A stretch of 64,000 nt of DNA, taken from the IMG/VR virus record IMGVR_UViG_3300024255_001088. One strand, written 5' to 3'. The DNA is from a virus. Position numbers and translations under genes: made by a program. This document shows, one piece after another, positions 28,335 through 38,099 of this stretch; within the stretch, counting starts at the first letter, position 1; each line of letters begins with the position of its first letter. The notes beneath the pieces were generated by a model that saw nothing but the letters and a program-made list of their open reading frames with translations, did no database searches and was not told the DNA's origin.

Positions 28335-29202
28335 TAAAACAGACAATGGTGTTCATCTAATGGGTACAGATGAAATGCTTGCCGCTTACAAGGCAGATAC
28401 ACCAGGTGAATTAGAAACATCTTATACTGAAAATGTAGACAAGATGATTAAGATTCAAGGTAAGAAGAACAAAGAAGGCAAGAAGAATCATATGTCTATG
28501 TTGTTTGATAATCCTTTAAAGGGATATCCTTACAATGAGTCAGTAGAACTAAAAGAACTTGAAGAAGAAATCGATGCACTGATTCTATCTGAAGCATTAT
28601 CCAAAAAAATGAATATTCAAAAGTACGCAAAGAAAGTAGGATTTAATTCAGACGAAGTTCAATGGATTATGGACAACGAAGATGAAGACCATTACGAAAA
28701 TAATAGTGCCATGAAAAATGAGTGGAGTGCATTATCATATCCTATCAGAACAGGTGATTACTACTTTGCCTTCATTGGTGACCGTATGACTGATACCGCT
28801 ATCACCAAAGCAAATAACAAAATGAATGATGCCATGAGAAAGTATTTTCAAATGGGTCAAAAGAAACTAGAAACATTCTATGATGATGATGCAAAATACA
28901 GTAAAAAAGATATGCTTGCATCATATATGTGGAATGAAATGTCTCAGATATTTGAAAAACTACCTGCTGGTTTAGGCGCTGACGATACAATGACACGAGA
29001 ATGTCTATACACTGCAATTAAACATATGACAGACGATGGTGAGATTGTATTCGAACATACTACTATGGCAGATGCCATAATCAACGAAGGTATGTTTAAG
29101 AATCTTGCAAAGGGTATCATGGGTAGAATTAGAAATAAACTTAGAAAAGTTAAAAAGAAAATCAAATTAGGCAAAAGAGCCAAAGATTTAATGGTGAAGT
29201 AA
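28321..29202 (+). CDS. Modular hypothetical late protein
   Basis: Coupled ORF; ILSE/IINE junctions; basic tail. Confidence 0.7.
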   Translation: MAKGNKTDNGVHLMGTDEMLAAYKADTPGELETSYTENVDKMIKIQGKKNKEGKKNHMSMLFDNPLKGYPYNESVELKELEEEIDALILSEALSKKMNIQKYAKKVGFNSDEVQWIMDNEDEDHYENNSAMKNEWSALSYPIRTGDYYFAFIGDRMTDTAITKANNKMNDAMRKYFQMGQKKLETFYDDDAKYSKKDMLASYMWNEMSQIFEKLPAGLGADDTMTRECLYTAIKHMTDDGEIVFEHTTMADAIINEGMFKNLAKGIMGRIRNKLRKVKKKIKLGKRAKDLMVK

Positions 29203-29609
29203 TGATTAAGGATTTCAAGTCTTTATTCGAAGAAGAATCTACACCAGAAGTCATTTCTGAGGTAGACTCTATACAAACTAGAATGAAGAAACGCAGAGCA
29301 ATGCGTAAGAACAAAGCGAAGATTGCCTTTGCACGAAAGAAGGCAATGAAGAGAAAGATTCTAGACCCAAAGAAACTTATGAAGAGGGCACAAAAACAAG
29401 CTCGAAGTAAGATTGCCTCTAGAATTCTTAAAGGTAAAAACAAAGCAGAATTGGGTATGGGTCAAAAAAGGGCTTTAGAAAAGATACTCGACAAGAAAAC
29501 AAAAGCAATATCTAAACTTGCCAAGAAGATGTTGAAAGTCGTAAGACAAAAAGAAATGAACAAAGGCAAAAAGACATTAAAAGATGTTGCACCAGGTAAC
29601 ACCAAATGA
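29202..29609 (+). CDS. Highly basic late protein with acidic leader
   Basis: MIKDFKSLFEE..VISE then Lys/Arg-rich body. Confidence 0.7.
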   Translation: MIKDFKSLFEEESTPEVISEVDSIQTRMKKRRAMRKNKAKIAFARKKAMKRKILDPKKLMKRAQKQARSKIASRILKGKNKAELGMGQKRALEKILDKKTKAISKLAKKMLKVVRQKEMNKGKKTLKDVAPGNTK

Positions 29610-30151
29610 AGATAAACACATTCAAGGGCATGGCAATCGATGACACATTGAGAGACTTGCAGATGACAGAAACAAATCTATTGGATAATCCATTCAGACT
29701 AGGTTCAATGATGTACTTTGAAGTAATCAAAGAGGCAAGAAAACTAGTTGCAGAGGGAAGATACAATCTTACAGAGATAGATAAACAAGTCTTAGAAACA
29801 AACTTAGGTGAGTATGATATCTATGAGAATGAACTTGTACCTCTAGATTGTCCTATGATGGAGATGACTGAAGAAGAAGATAAAGATGTTGCAATAGGTA
29901 AACCAAAATCAGGCGGGCCTAAGAAGTTCTATGTCTATGTTAAAGACGGTGACAAGACAAAGAAAGTCACATTCGGAGATACATCAGGTCTATCAGTAAA
30001 ATTTAAAGACCCTAAGGCAAGAGCATCATATGTCGCAAGACATAATTGTGATACTGCAAATGATAAAACCACACCAGGATATTGGTCATGTAGACTACCA
30101 AGATACGCAAAACAACTTGGTCTGAGTGGTGGTGGTTCATTTTTCTGGTAA
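29606..30151 (+). CDS. DUF6321-like protein
   Basis: KKFYVYV..KVTFGD..ARHNCD..GYWSC. Confidence 0.65.
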   Translation: MKINTFKGMAIDDTLRDLQMTETNLLDNPFRLGSMMYFEVIKEARKLVAEGRYNLTEIDKQVLETNLGEYDIYENELVPLDCPMMEMTEEEDKDVAIGKPKSGGPKKFYVYVKDGDKTKKVTFGDTSGLSVKFKDPKARASYVARHNCDTANDKTTPGYWSCRLPRYAKQLGLSGGGSFFW

Positions 30152-30173
30152 AAAATAACACCTAAATATTTGT

Positions 30174-30455
30174 ATGAAACCATACAGAGAACGAATAGAA
30201 GAACAACATGGTACAGGTCGAGAGTTCATATATCGAACATTCGAACCAAATATACTAGATGACGAACTCGTTTGGCACAGAGATAAAAAGAATCGATGTG
30301 TACATGTATTAAGTGGAAGTGGTTGGCAATTACAATTAGATGACAAATTGCCTAAAGATTTAACAATAGGATTAGATTACTACATACCCAAGATGACTTA
30401 TCATAGAGTCATTAAAGGTACTAGTGACCTAGTCGTAAGGATTGAGAACATATAA
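30174..30455 (+). CDS. Cupin-like protein
   Basis: ELVWHRD..GWQLQLD..YHRVIKG. Confidence 0.65.
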   Translation: MKPYRERIEEQHGTGREFIYRTFEPNILDDELVWHRDKKNRCVHVLSGSGWQLQLDDKLPKDLTIGLDYYIPKMTYHRVIKGTSDLVVRIENI

Positions 30456-30466
30456 ATAACTATATC

Positions 30467-30832
30467 ATGGAAAACAAAACTTGGAAAGATAAACTAGAAG
30501 AAGTAAGAGGTTTTAACAAGACCGAAACTTCTCCAGCAATTATAGATGAGAAATTAACATCTGATGAAATCGAGGAAATGCTTAAAGAAGAGTTCAAAGA
30601 ACTTGCAGAGGGCGAAAAGACGGCAGTGGAGTCACTCGAAGAAAAACGAGACAGACTCAAAGAAGAACTCGCACACATAGAAGAAGAGATTGCTACATCT
30701 AATGAGTCAGTTGAAAAAACCATAGAAAAATTAACAGAAAGAAATATGCTTGGCAGACTTGCTAAGTCTTTAAAACTTAATGAAACTGGTAAACAGAAGA
30801 TGTTTGACTATTTCGAACAAGGGGAACTATAA
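30467..30832 (+). CDS. Acidic coiled-coil late protein
   Basis: TATAAATA at 30451-30458. Confidence 0.7.
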   Translation: MENKTWKDKLEEVRGFNKTETSPAIIDEKLTSDEIEEMLKEEFKELAEGEKTAVESLEEKRDRLKEELAHIEEEIATSNESVEKTIEKLTERNMLGRLAKSLKLNETGKQKMFDYFEQGEL

Positions 30833-31596
30833 TGAAATTAACAGATAAGGGTGTATCAGACCAATTAGTTGCTGATATGAGAACCATGTTAGAGGGTCAT
30901 CTATCAGAAGAGCCGTTTAATGCAAATGCAGCTCTAAAGAAACAAAGAATCAAGAGTATGCAAGACAAACTCGAAAATCTAAGAACACAAAGACAACGAG
31001 CTGATGATTCTGCTAGACAGGCAAGAGACCAAGGTAGAGATGACGCCGCTGATGAACACGAACATAAGGGCGATAGAATTAACAGCAATATCAGAGACCT
31101 TAAGGCAAAGATAAGAGATGAGATGAATGAAGACAACACCAATGACAAGTCAGACGATGGTGAAGGTCTAGATAAAGTTAAAAAAGATGCAGTTAAGAAG
31201 AAGTTTGCAGACCGTAAAGACAAAGACATTGACAATGATGGCGACACTGATTCTTCAGACGAATATCTTCATAAGAAAAGACAGGCAATCTCCAAGAAAA
31301 TGGATGAGGGCGAATTACCACCTGCATTGAAAAAGGCAATCGATAAGAAGAAAGGTGAAGACGATGAAGAAGAAGTCGAAGAAGGAAAATTACCACCTGC
31401 TCTTCAGAAAGCAATAGACAAGAAGAAAGGTAAAGATACAGACGATGATGAGAAAGAAGTCGAAGAGGGCAAAGACAAAATCAAATATCGTGGTAATCTA
31501 AAAGATTTGAAGGCAATGAAAGAAGACTTCATGATAATCATAGAGAAGTACGGATTAGACCAAGTTAAGACTATTATCAATTCAATCGAGAAATAA
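30832..31596 (+). CDS. Highly charged prohead-core-like protein with internal repeat
   Basis: DIDNDGDTD loop; EG(E/K)LPPAL(K/Q)KAIDKKKG x2. Confidence 0.7.
   Translation: MKLTDKGVSDQLVADMRTMLEGHLSEEPFNANAALKKQRIKSMQDKLENLRTQRQRADDSARQARDQGRDDAADEHEHKGDRINSNIRDLKAKIRDEMNEDNTNDKSDDGEGLDKVKKDAVKKKFADRKDKDIDNDGDTDSSDEYLHKKRQAISKKMDEGELPPALKKAIDKKKGEDDEEEVEEGKLPPALQKAIDKKKGKDTDDDEKEVEEGKDKIKYRGNLKDLKAMKEDFMIIIEKYGLDQVKTIINSIEK
31306..31431 (+). repeat. Intragenic tandem duplication, 75-nt period
   Basis: 31306-31356 and 31381-31431 encode near-identical 17-aa units. Confidence 0.8.
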
Positions 31597-31597
31597 C

Positions 31598-33076
31598 ATG
31601 AATCTATTTCAAGAGGCAAAGTCAGTTTTAGACAAGGACGGTAAAGTAAATCCTTTAGGTCCTTACGGCAAACAAAAACTCACAGGTAGAGAAACATCTG
31701 CCTATTTTCGTAGAAACAAAGTAAAACCAGGCGATATCAAGAAAGCAGTAGAAGTTGCACTTGACCTTGGTGGTGCAGATACTATTGCAAGACAAGAAAT
31801 TAAAAAGTTCTTTGGTGATAAAATTCTTAAATCAAAAGAAGTTCAAAACGCATTACAATACGCAAACGAAGAGACATTCAGAGATGACCTTAACAATTTA
31901 GATGAGGGTTCATTCTATGGTAGAGATGACTTAGTTAAACAATTTGCTACACCCAAAAATAAAAGACACCTCTTTGTAAAATTAAGAAAGACTGATTCTA
32001 AAGGCACACATGGTGTCAGTATGGCAAAAAAGGGCAACGAGAAGAAGATTGCTGATTATAAAAGACAAGGGTACAAAGAAGTACCAGTAGAATCTGTAGA
32101 AGAGGGTTTCAAACCTTACAATGACAACCAGTATCCTAGATGTGTAGACTTCTACATTCAGTTTAGAGGTGGTAAAGGAGACAGAATCACTTCACCAGAA
32201 AATAAGAAAGATTTTGAAACTGCAAAGAAGATGATTGATACATATTGCAGAACAAACAAAATCAAACAGAAACCAGTTTACTCAACACCTGAAGAGGGTT
32301 CAAGTGCATACAAAGTCGGTCTTATGATTGACAGTACTTACAGTAAAACATCTGATTATAAAGACGGCAAAGACTTGCAACCTTTATATGTATCATTAAG
32401 TAAACTAAAGACCGCAGAAGACCACGGTGGTGGTTGGAGTCAAGCAGTAGTTAAAGAAGAAACAGATTTAACAGAGAACTACAGAAAACTCGCACAACAT
32501 GGTATGGGTGCAGAGGGTAAGAAAGATATCAAAACTGGTACAGGTGTAGATTTCTATGAACCTAAACAAGGTAATAAGAGACAAGGTAAAGTCACTAAGA
32601 TGACTGCTACTGGTTACTCAGTTAAAGATGAGAAAGATGGTAAAACATATACATTTATGTACCACGACAGAATGAAGGCAAAGAAACTTCTTCAGAAGAA
32701 AGATAAACTATCTAACATCATTAAGAAGAACACCATCCAGAAAGGTAAGTTCGCTGGATACATGACTGATTCAGTAGAAGAGGCACAACAAGGTGCAAGA
32801 CAGTCTATTATGGACACATATAGAAATATATGGGAAGAAGACTTACAAGAAGAGATGATTACTTACAGAGTTAAGAAAATGCATCCTGCTGAAAAGAAAA
32901 AGTTCGAACAGTCAGGAAAGTTGATGGGTCTAAAAGTCACCATGAATACTAACAAACAAGATACATTAGTTGTTATGAGTGGCACTAAGAAGAAACTCAG
33001 AGACTTCGACTCAGTTGCAAGAGGTAAATCATCATATGGTGATCCTTCAACAGTATCACACTTTGACGAGAAGTAA
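31598..33076 (+). CDS. Large modular Lys-rich late protein
   Basis: Basic modules separated by NLDE, SVEE, DLTE, SVEE, LQEE. Confidence 0.75.
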   Translation: MNLFQEAKSVLDKDGKVNPLGPYGKQKLTGRETSAYFRRNKVKPGDIKKAVEVALDLGGADTIARQEIKKFFGDKILKSKEVQNALQYANEETFRDDLNNLDEGSFYGRDDLVKQFATPKNKRHLFVKLRKTDSKGTHGVSMAKKGNEKKIADYKRQGYKEVPVESVEEGFKPYNDNQYPRCVDFYIQFRGGKGDRITSPENKKDFETAKKMIDTYCRTNKIKQKPVYSTPEEGSSAYKVGLMIDSTYSKTSDYKDGKDLQPLYVSLSKLKTAEDHGGGWSQAVVKEETDLTENYRKLAQHGMGAEGKKDIKTGTGVDFYEPKQGNKRQGKVTKMTATGYSVKDEKDGKTYTFMYHDRMKAKKLLQKKDKLSNIIKKNTIQKGKFAGYMTDSVEEAQQGARQSIMDTYRNIWEEDLQEEMITYRVKKMHPAEKKKFEQSGKLMGLKVTMNTNKQDTLVVMSGTKKKLRDFDSVARGKSSYGDPSTVSHFDEK

Positions 33077-33077
33077 T

Positions 33078-33404
33078 ATGACATATAAAAGTCTAGTACA
33101 AGTAATTAAAGAACACAATGATGGCAAAGAAGAACTCATTGAAAGAATAAACTTTCATGGGAAAAGTCCTGCTGAGAAAAAGGGTTCAGAGTTCGATAGA
33201 AAATCAGAAATCAATGGTTATAAAAAGATTTTAAAGGCTATTGAAAAGATTAACAAAGACCACGAGAAGTTTCAATGGAACAATCGTGCAGAAGGCCCAT
33301 CTAAAATATTTAAAGGTCTACTACTAGTTGAAAAAACATGTTATGATATGATTCGAGAAATTGAACAAGGTAAATGGGATGGTAAAGTGGACTTAGAAGA
33401 GTAA
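33078..33404 (+). CDS. Hypothetical late protein
   Basis: ATG 33078 just after previous stop; MTYKSLVQVIKE. Confidence 0.65.
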   Translation: MTYKSLVQVIKEHNDGKEELIERINFHGKSPAEKKGSEFDRKSEINGYKKILKAIEKINKDHEKFQWNNRAEGPSKIFKGLLLVEKTCYDMIREIEQGKWDGKVDLEE

Positions 33405-33964
33405 TGGAAAAAGTAGACGCCAGAACAAAAATGTTTAAAGAAAAGTTAAAGAGACTTAACTACAAAAAACATATTACAGATGCAATTGAGGCATCATCAA
33501 ATGTCAAACAAGTAATGGAAAAGATTGCTGACTTTGGTATGATGTCAGATGCAGGTAATAAAAAAATTGCTCGTGCTGTTGCACAATCTAAGAATGAGAA
33601 AGATTTAAGAGCAAAGTTGTTGAAGATATCAACAATGGCAAAAGGCAAGTATGCAGAGGCAGAAGAGGATGAAGTCTTCAATCGTGCCATGGATGCAATG
33701 CAATCAAAGGCAACTGGTGTACAGAATAGACCAGATGCAACGATGTTAATACAACTTCGTAAATTCAAAGATGGAACCAAAGATGGTGAAGTTAGAACAG
33801 ATGATATGAAAAAAATTAAGGTCAAAAATGCAGATGCAGTCAAAGTTCATGACACTTTAATGAAGGTTCGAGCACCAATTCGAACTAAATACTTACAACT
33901 ATTACAAAAAGACAAAAATACTTTTAGTAAAACATTTAATGCAATCTTAAAGGTTGCGAAATAG
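33404..33964 (+). CDS. Hypothetical late protein
   Basis: TAATG coupling; VDART motif. Confidence 0.7.
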   Translation: MEKVDARTKMFKEKLKRLNYKKHITDAIEASSNVKQVMEKIADFGMMSDAGNKKIARAVAQSKNEKDLRAKLLKISTMAKGKYAEAEEDEVFNRAMDAMQSKATGVQNRPDATMLIQLRKFKDGTKDGEVRTDDMKKIKVKNADAVKVHDTLMKVRAPIRTKYLQLLQKDKNTFSKTFNAILKVAK

Positions 33965-33973
33965 GAGAATAAA

Positions 33974-34519
33974 ATGGCATTATGGGGAATTTCAGATGCA
34001 GACGAATCGAAACCTAAGTGGTTAACCGATGCAGATAAGAAAAAAGTTTACGCTGACGCTAGTGGTTGGAGATTTGAAAACCCTAAAAGTGGCGCAACAG
34101 ATGAAGTCTTATGTGCAGTAAGTGGACTTGCAGTTTCAATTGGTTCTGCTGATATTACAGATATAGAGTTTATTTCAACAGCATTTGATAAATCAGAGGG
34201 TGGTACATTATCTGTACGAGTCAGATTTAACGAGGCAGTTGCAGTCACAGGCACACCACAACTTACAGTTGTAAATGACCAAAGAACAAATCACACATTA
34301 TCATACGCAAGTGGTACAGGTTCTAACGAACTAGTATTCAGTCTTGTAATTGGTGCTGCTAACGCTGCTACAAATGCAGGTGATGTTCTAAGTATTGGTG
34401 CAAATGCGATGGCTCTAAACAGTGGTACTGTAAAAGATAACGGTACTTCTACAAACTCAACTATTACCAATGTCGCAGGAATTGGTACTGCTGCTGGTAC
34501 AATTACAGTAGCTGCATAA
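33974..34519 (+). CDS. Ig-like virion structural protein
   Basis: VRFNEAVAVTGTPQL..YASGTGSNELVF; SD AGGAG. Confidence 0.7.
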   Translation: MALWGISDADESKPKWLTDADKKKVYADASGWRFENPKSGATDEVLCAVSGLAVSIGSADITDIEFISTAFDKSEGGTLSVRVRFNEAVAVTGTPQLTVVNDQRTNHTLSYASGTGSNELVFSLVIGAANAATNAGDVLSIGANAMALNSGTVKDNGTSTNSTITNVAGIGTAAGTITVAA

Positions 34520-34529
34520 GAGAATAATT

Positions 34530-34793
34530 ATGAAAATTAAAGTATTAGGAACAGAGACCGCATGTGGAACTTCCACATCTAATGGGTCAAATTTTGGCAG
34601 TACAACTGCCGTAAGATTAGTCAACACAGGCGCAACAGATAGGTTAGTGTCAATCGAGACTAGTGCTAATGCTTTAATTGGAACATTCACTTTAAAAGCA
34701 AATACATCAGAGGTCGTATCAAAAGACGCCTCTGATGAAATCTTTGCCGCCAACGCCGAAGTTAAAGGTGTTGGTGTTGCAATACAAGGATAA
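34530..34793 (+). CDS. Small beta-rich structural protein candidate
   Basis: Ser/Thr/Gly-rich; AVRLVN motif. Confidence 0.65.
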   Translation: MKIKVLGTETACGTSTSNGSNFGSTTAVRLVNTGATDRLVSIETSANALIGTFTLKANTSEVVSKDASDEIFAANAEVKGVGVAIQG

Positions 34794-34797
34794 AATT

Positions 34798-35217
34798 ATG
34801 AAATCATTTAACGAATATTTAATTGAAAATTTAGGTGGGGACTTTGGTTTAGACTCAACAGTACCTTATGACATAGATTCACAGGCAGTTAAGAACAAAC
34901 TTAATGCAGTTTTGGGTCATGTTGCAGTGTCAGAGTTTATGAATCCTCTCGCCGCTATTCAACAAATGGAATCAAAACTCTCTCAAATGGGTCTACATAA
35001 GAAAGTTCAAGTAGAAGGACATGGCGTAGTACAAGATGAAGAGTTCTCAGGTTCAGGCGAATTAAACTTAGAGTTTACTCAATTTGGTGGGGTGTATGGT
35101 AAATCAGTAGATACACCTTTTGACGAAGTTGAGAAAGAAGAAAGAAACATTTCTCTCAAAGTTAAATATGAACAGTTAGAAACTGGTTCATTCAAAGTTT
35201 ACGGTTCAATCGTTTAA
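34798..35217 (+). CDS. Hypothetical protein with capsid-targeting-like N-terminus
   Basis: MKSFNEYLIE from ATG 34798. Confidence 0.7.
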   Translation: MKSFNEYLIENLGGDFGLDSTVPYDIDSQAVKNKLNAVLGHVAVSEFMNPLAAIQQMESKLSQMGLHKKVQVEGHGVVQDEEFSGSGELNLEFTQFGGVYGKSVDTPFDEVEKEERNISLKVKYEQLETGSFKVYGSIV

Positions 35218-35274
35218 ACTTCTTTAGTTGAGTCTACTAAATACTAGTAGACACAACAACTAAACAATTATATT

Positions 35275-35646
35275 ATGGGTCTATTTGACAAAATCACAGC
35301 AAAAAACTTTAACGCATACGCACATAAGCATTATGATGACCCCCAATGTGAAGACATTGAGGACTTTAATGAAGACTTGCGTAGGTTTAGATATCTAAAA
35401 CGACTACTTCATCGTTACCATGAGAATGGTGAATTAAGAGAACGCCTCATGTTGAATCATATGATATGTTTATTCAATGTGTTTGGATTTGAGGCATGTA
35501 TGAGAATGTTGCAGTTTAAGATTAAAGAAGAAGAACATTGGTCATCTATAAAGACTATGTTGTTATATCTTGAACTCATACAAGAGGGTTGGTTGATAAA
35601 CTACCCTATAGATGACAAACTTGCAGATAGATTAAGAGAATTGTAG
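35275..35646 (+). CDS. Conserved T4-like hypothetical protein
   Basis: YDDPQC..FNEDLRRFRYLKRL..ERLMLNH. Confidence 0.75.
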   Translation: MGLFDKITAKNFNAYAHKHYDDPQCEDIEDFNEDLRRFRYLKRLLHRYHENGELRERLMLNHMICLFNVFGFEACMRMLQFKIKEEEHWSSIKTMLLYLELIQEGWLINYPIDDKLADRLREL

Positions 35647-35671
35647 TCATTCAGATTGCATAAATAGATAT

Positions 35672-36301
35672 ATGGTCGGAAGAGTAATAGACAGTTTAAT
35701 CGTATTCAGGGTTCTTAAGATGTTGACAACACCTTTTGAGAAGACACCTGCCTATAAGTTTGGGTTCATTGACCAGAACGGCGTAAGAATCAAGTTCATA
35801 ACAGACCCAGAAAATAAGAATCAAAAACTTGCGAACAATCCAAAAACAAAAGAAGAGAAGAACTCTCTCACACCTTTACATAGACTTGTATTCAATCTAA
35901 AGAAACTAATTAGAAAAGTGCCTGGTGGTAAGTCACAATTGGCATCATATGCAGTCGCACTTGGTTTACTCAAAGAACATACTAACTTAGATTCAGAACA
36001 GGCAGACCAGTTGTATGAAGACTTCTATAGATTACTGAAAGACGAAGATGCATTTCAACCAGAGATGATTGAAGAGGCACAAGACATTGGTAAACTATGT
36101 TCTCTAAAAATGCATGGTTCTGATTATCATCTAAGAACTCAAATCAAACAGAACTTTGATGAGAATGAAGAAATCAAAATATATCCAGAAAAATCAACAG
36201 TCACCAATGTTGCAGAACATAGTATAGGTTATGGTGTACTAATATATGAGGGGTACATAGGGGAAGATAGAGTCCTGTTTACCGCAGAAGATGTATATTA
36301 A
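35672..36301 (+). CDS. Conserved T4-like hypothetical protein
   Basis: LTTPFEKTPAYKFG..HRLVFNLKK..ASYAVAL. Confidence 0.75.
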   Translation: MVGRVIDSLIVFRVLKMLTTPFEKTPAYKFGFIDQNGVRIKFITDPENKNQKLANNPKTKEEKNSLTPLHRLVFNLKKLIRKVPGGKSQLASYAVALGLLKEHTNLDSEQADQLYEDFYRLLKDEDAFQPEMIEEAQDIGKLCSLKMHGSDYHLRTQIKQNFDENEEIKIYPEKSTVTNVAEHSIGYGVLIYEGYIGEDRVLFTAEDVY

Positions 36302-38096
36302 CGAAGTACTATATCATATTGATGAAGACTACAAACAATATTGTGATGCAATAGACTCCATATGTGAAGAACTTCTAGTTGAAGAAGACAAGAAGAAAGA
36401 TGCATGGTTCTTCGACATGTCTACAGATAAACAACAAGACTATCTCAAGTCACATCCAGATTCAGACAAGGCAAAAGAACTCAAAAGAAAACTACAATCA
36501 ATGCCCAAAAGGGGCGACCAAGGTGATACGAGACCGGCACCGGATAAAAAATCTCCGAAGGGGAATGTAGCGAAGACAAATCCCGACAAGGACGCCACAC
36601 CTTCTGAGAAACCTAAGAACGATGTTGGTGGTTCATTACCAACTCAAGTTGCAGACTTAAAACAACACATTGGTGAATTAAAAGATGCAATAGGTTTAGA
36701 TATCGCAACGATTGGTAAGGCATTTAAAGAACCTTCAGTATACAATACAGTCAAGGCGATTGGTGGTTCAATAACTGCAACATCTAAGACCATAATGGGT
36801 TCACTTAGAACGGTGGGTAAGACTCTTACAGTAGGGGGTGCCGCTATACATGACACTAAGGCATTCCAACAGTTAGAAAAGGGTCTAATTAAAACAGATG
36901 AGTTCATGCAGAAAAACAAAGTACTCGCAACTATGAGTGCTGTTGGTGTATCTAGTCTCGCAATTGCACAATGGTTAAGAATGTCATTCTCGGGTGATAT
37001 AGAATCTGATTTTGACTTGACTATTATACCTGCCGCCTTTGCAGGTAACGCTGGGTTCGCAGACTTGATTGCAACGCCAGATGGTATCAAAGGTATTGGT
37101 TTATTGAGTGCTGGTATGGCAACAGGTGGTCTACCTATATGGATGGGTGGTCCTGTTGGTCTTGCAATGGCATTAACATATTCAGGTTTAGTCAGTGCAG
37201 GTGATACAAAGAAAGGCGCTGAGATTAAAAAGAAAATGGTCGATTGGGCAGATAAGATGAGGTCATCAACTGGTGATGTACTGAGAAAAGTTGACAAGAA
37301 ACTTGGTCTAACAACAGAGTCATTGATGAATCCATCGAACATAGATAAACTTCAATTCAATGTATTTGAGAAACTAAAGAAACCCAAATATCACAAAGTA
37401 GAGATATTTGAAGATGGTTGGTCAGAAATAGAAATGATGCCCCCACCCACAAATAGTTCTAAAACAACTAAGTCAGAATTAGAAACAGTCATCAAAGAGT
37501 CGAACAACGCAACAGATGAAATCAAAAAGAAGTACATCAATTGTGCCGATGACCCATGTTATTACATCAAAGAATACATGGAAGACTCAGACTTAGAGTT
37601 TGATGAAGAGTATATGGATTACATCGTAGACCAATGTACACCAGTAATCAGACACTTTAAAAATTCATTCAACAGACCTAGACCATATCAAGTTGCAGAA
37701 GCACTTAATATGAAACTTAAAAAATGGAAAACAGGAACTGCAAACTCTCCTTCATATCCATCAGGTCATTCAATGCAACCATATCTGGTTGCAAACTTCT
37801 ATGCAGAGAAATATCCAGAACATGAGGGTAATCTTAGAGATGCCGCTGATATATGTGCATATGGAAGAGTTCGAGCTGGGTTGCATTACCCAACAGATTA
37901 TAACGCAGGTATACAACTTGCAGATGAAATGGCAAAGTATCTTAAAGATGACTTAAAAGAAGATGCGCCAGTGAACGCTACAGGTAGTGCTGTATCAACA
38001 GACACACCTTTAGTAAGAAGTAGAAACAAGTATCTCAAAAAGAACAAAGAAGATTCTAAGAAGATTTTCGGTCTTTTAAAAAGATACTCTAAGTAA
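36291..38096 (+). CDS. Multidomain protein: hydrophobic domain + PAP2 phosphatase + EDAPVN tail
   Basis: KNSFNRPRP, SYPSGH, GRVRAGLHYPTD; Gly/Ala-rich hydrophobic helices. Confidence 0.8.
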   Translation: MYINEVLYHIDEDYKQYCDAIDSICEELLVEEDKKKDAWFFDMSTDKQQDYLKSHPDSDKAKELKRKLQSMPKRGDQGDTRPAPDKKSPKGNVAKTNPDKDATPSEKPKNDVGGSLPTQVADLKQHIGELKDAIGLDIATIGKAFKEPSVYNTVKAIGGSITATSKTIMGSLRTVGKTLTVGGAAIHDTKAFQQLEKGLIKTDEFMQKNKVLATMSAVGVSSLAIAQWLRMSFSGDIESDFDLTIIPAAFAGNAGFADLIATPDGIKGIGLLSAGMATGGLPIWMGGPVGLAMALTYSGLVSAGDTKKGAEIKKKMVDWADKMRSSTGDVLRKVDKKLGLTTESLMNPSNIDKLQFNVFEKLKKPKYHKVEIFEDGWSEIEMMPPPTNSSKTTKSELETVIKESNNATDEIKKKYINCADDPCYYIKEYMEDSDLEFDEEYMDYIVDQCTPVIRHFKNSFNRPRPYQVAEALNMKLKKWKTGTANSPSYPSGHSMQPYLVANFYAEKYPEHEGNLRDAADICAYGRVRAGLHYPTDYNAGIQLADEMAKYLKDDLKEDAPVNATGSAVSTDTPLVRSRNKYLKKNKEDSKKIFGLLKRYSK

Positions 38097-38099
38097 ATT

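Noticed and set aside
36644-37342. 232-aa minus-strand ORF and the many other antisense ORFs in the track
   Set aside because: Shadows of + strand genes; no SD, promoter or recognisable motifs
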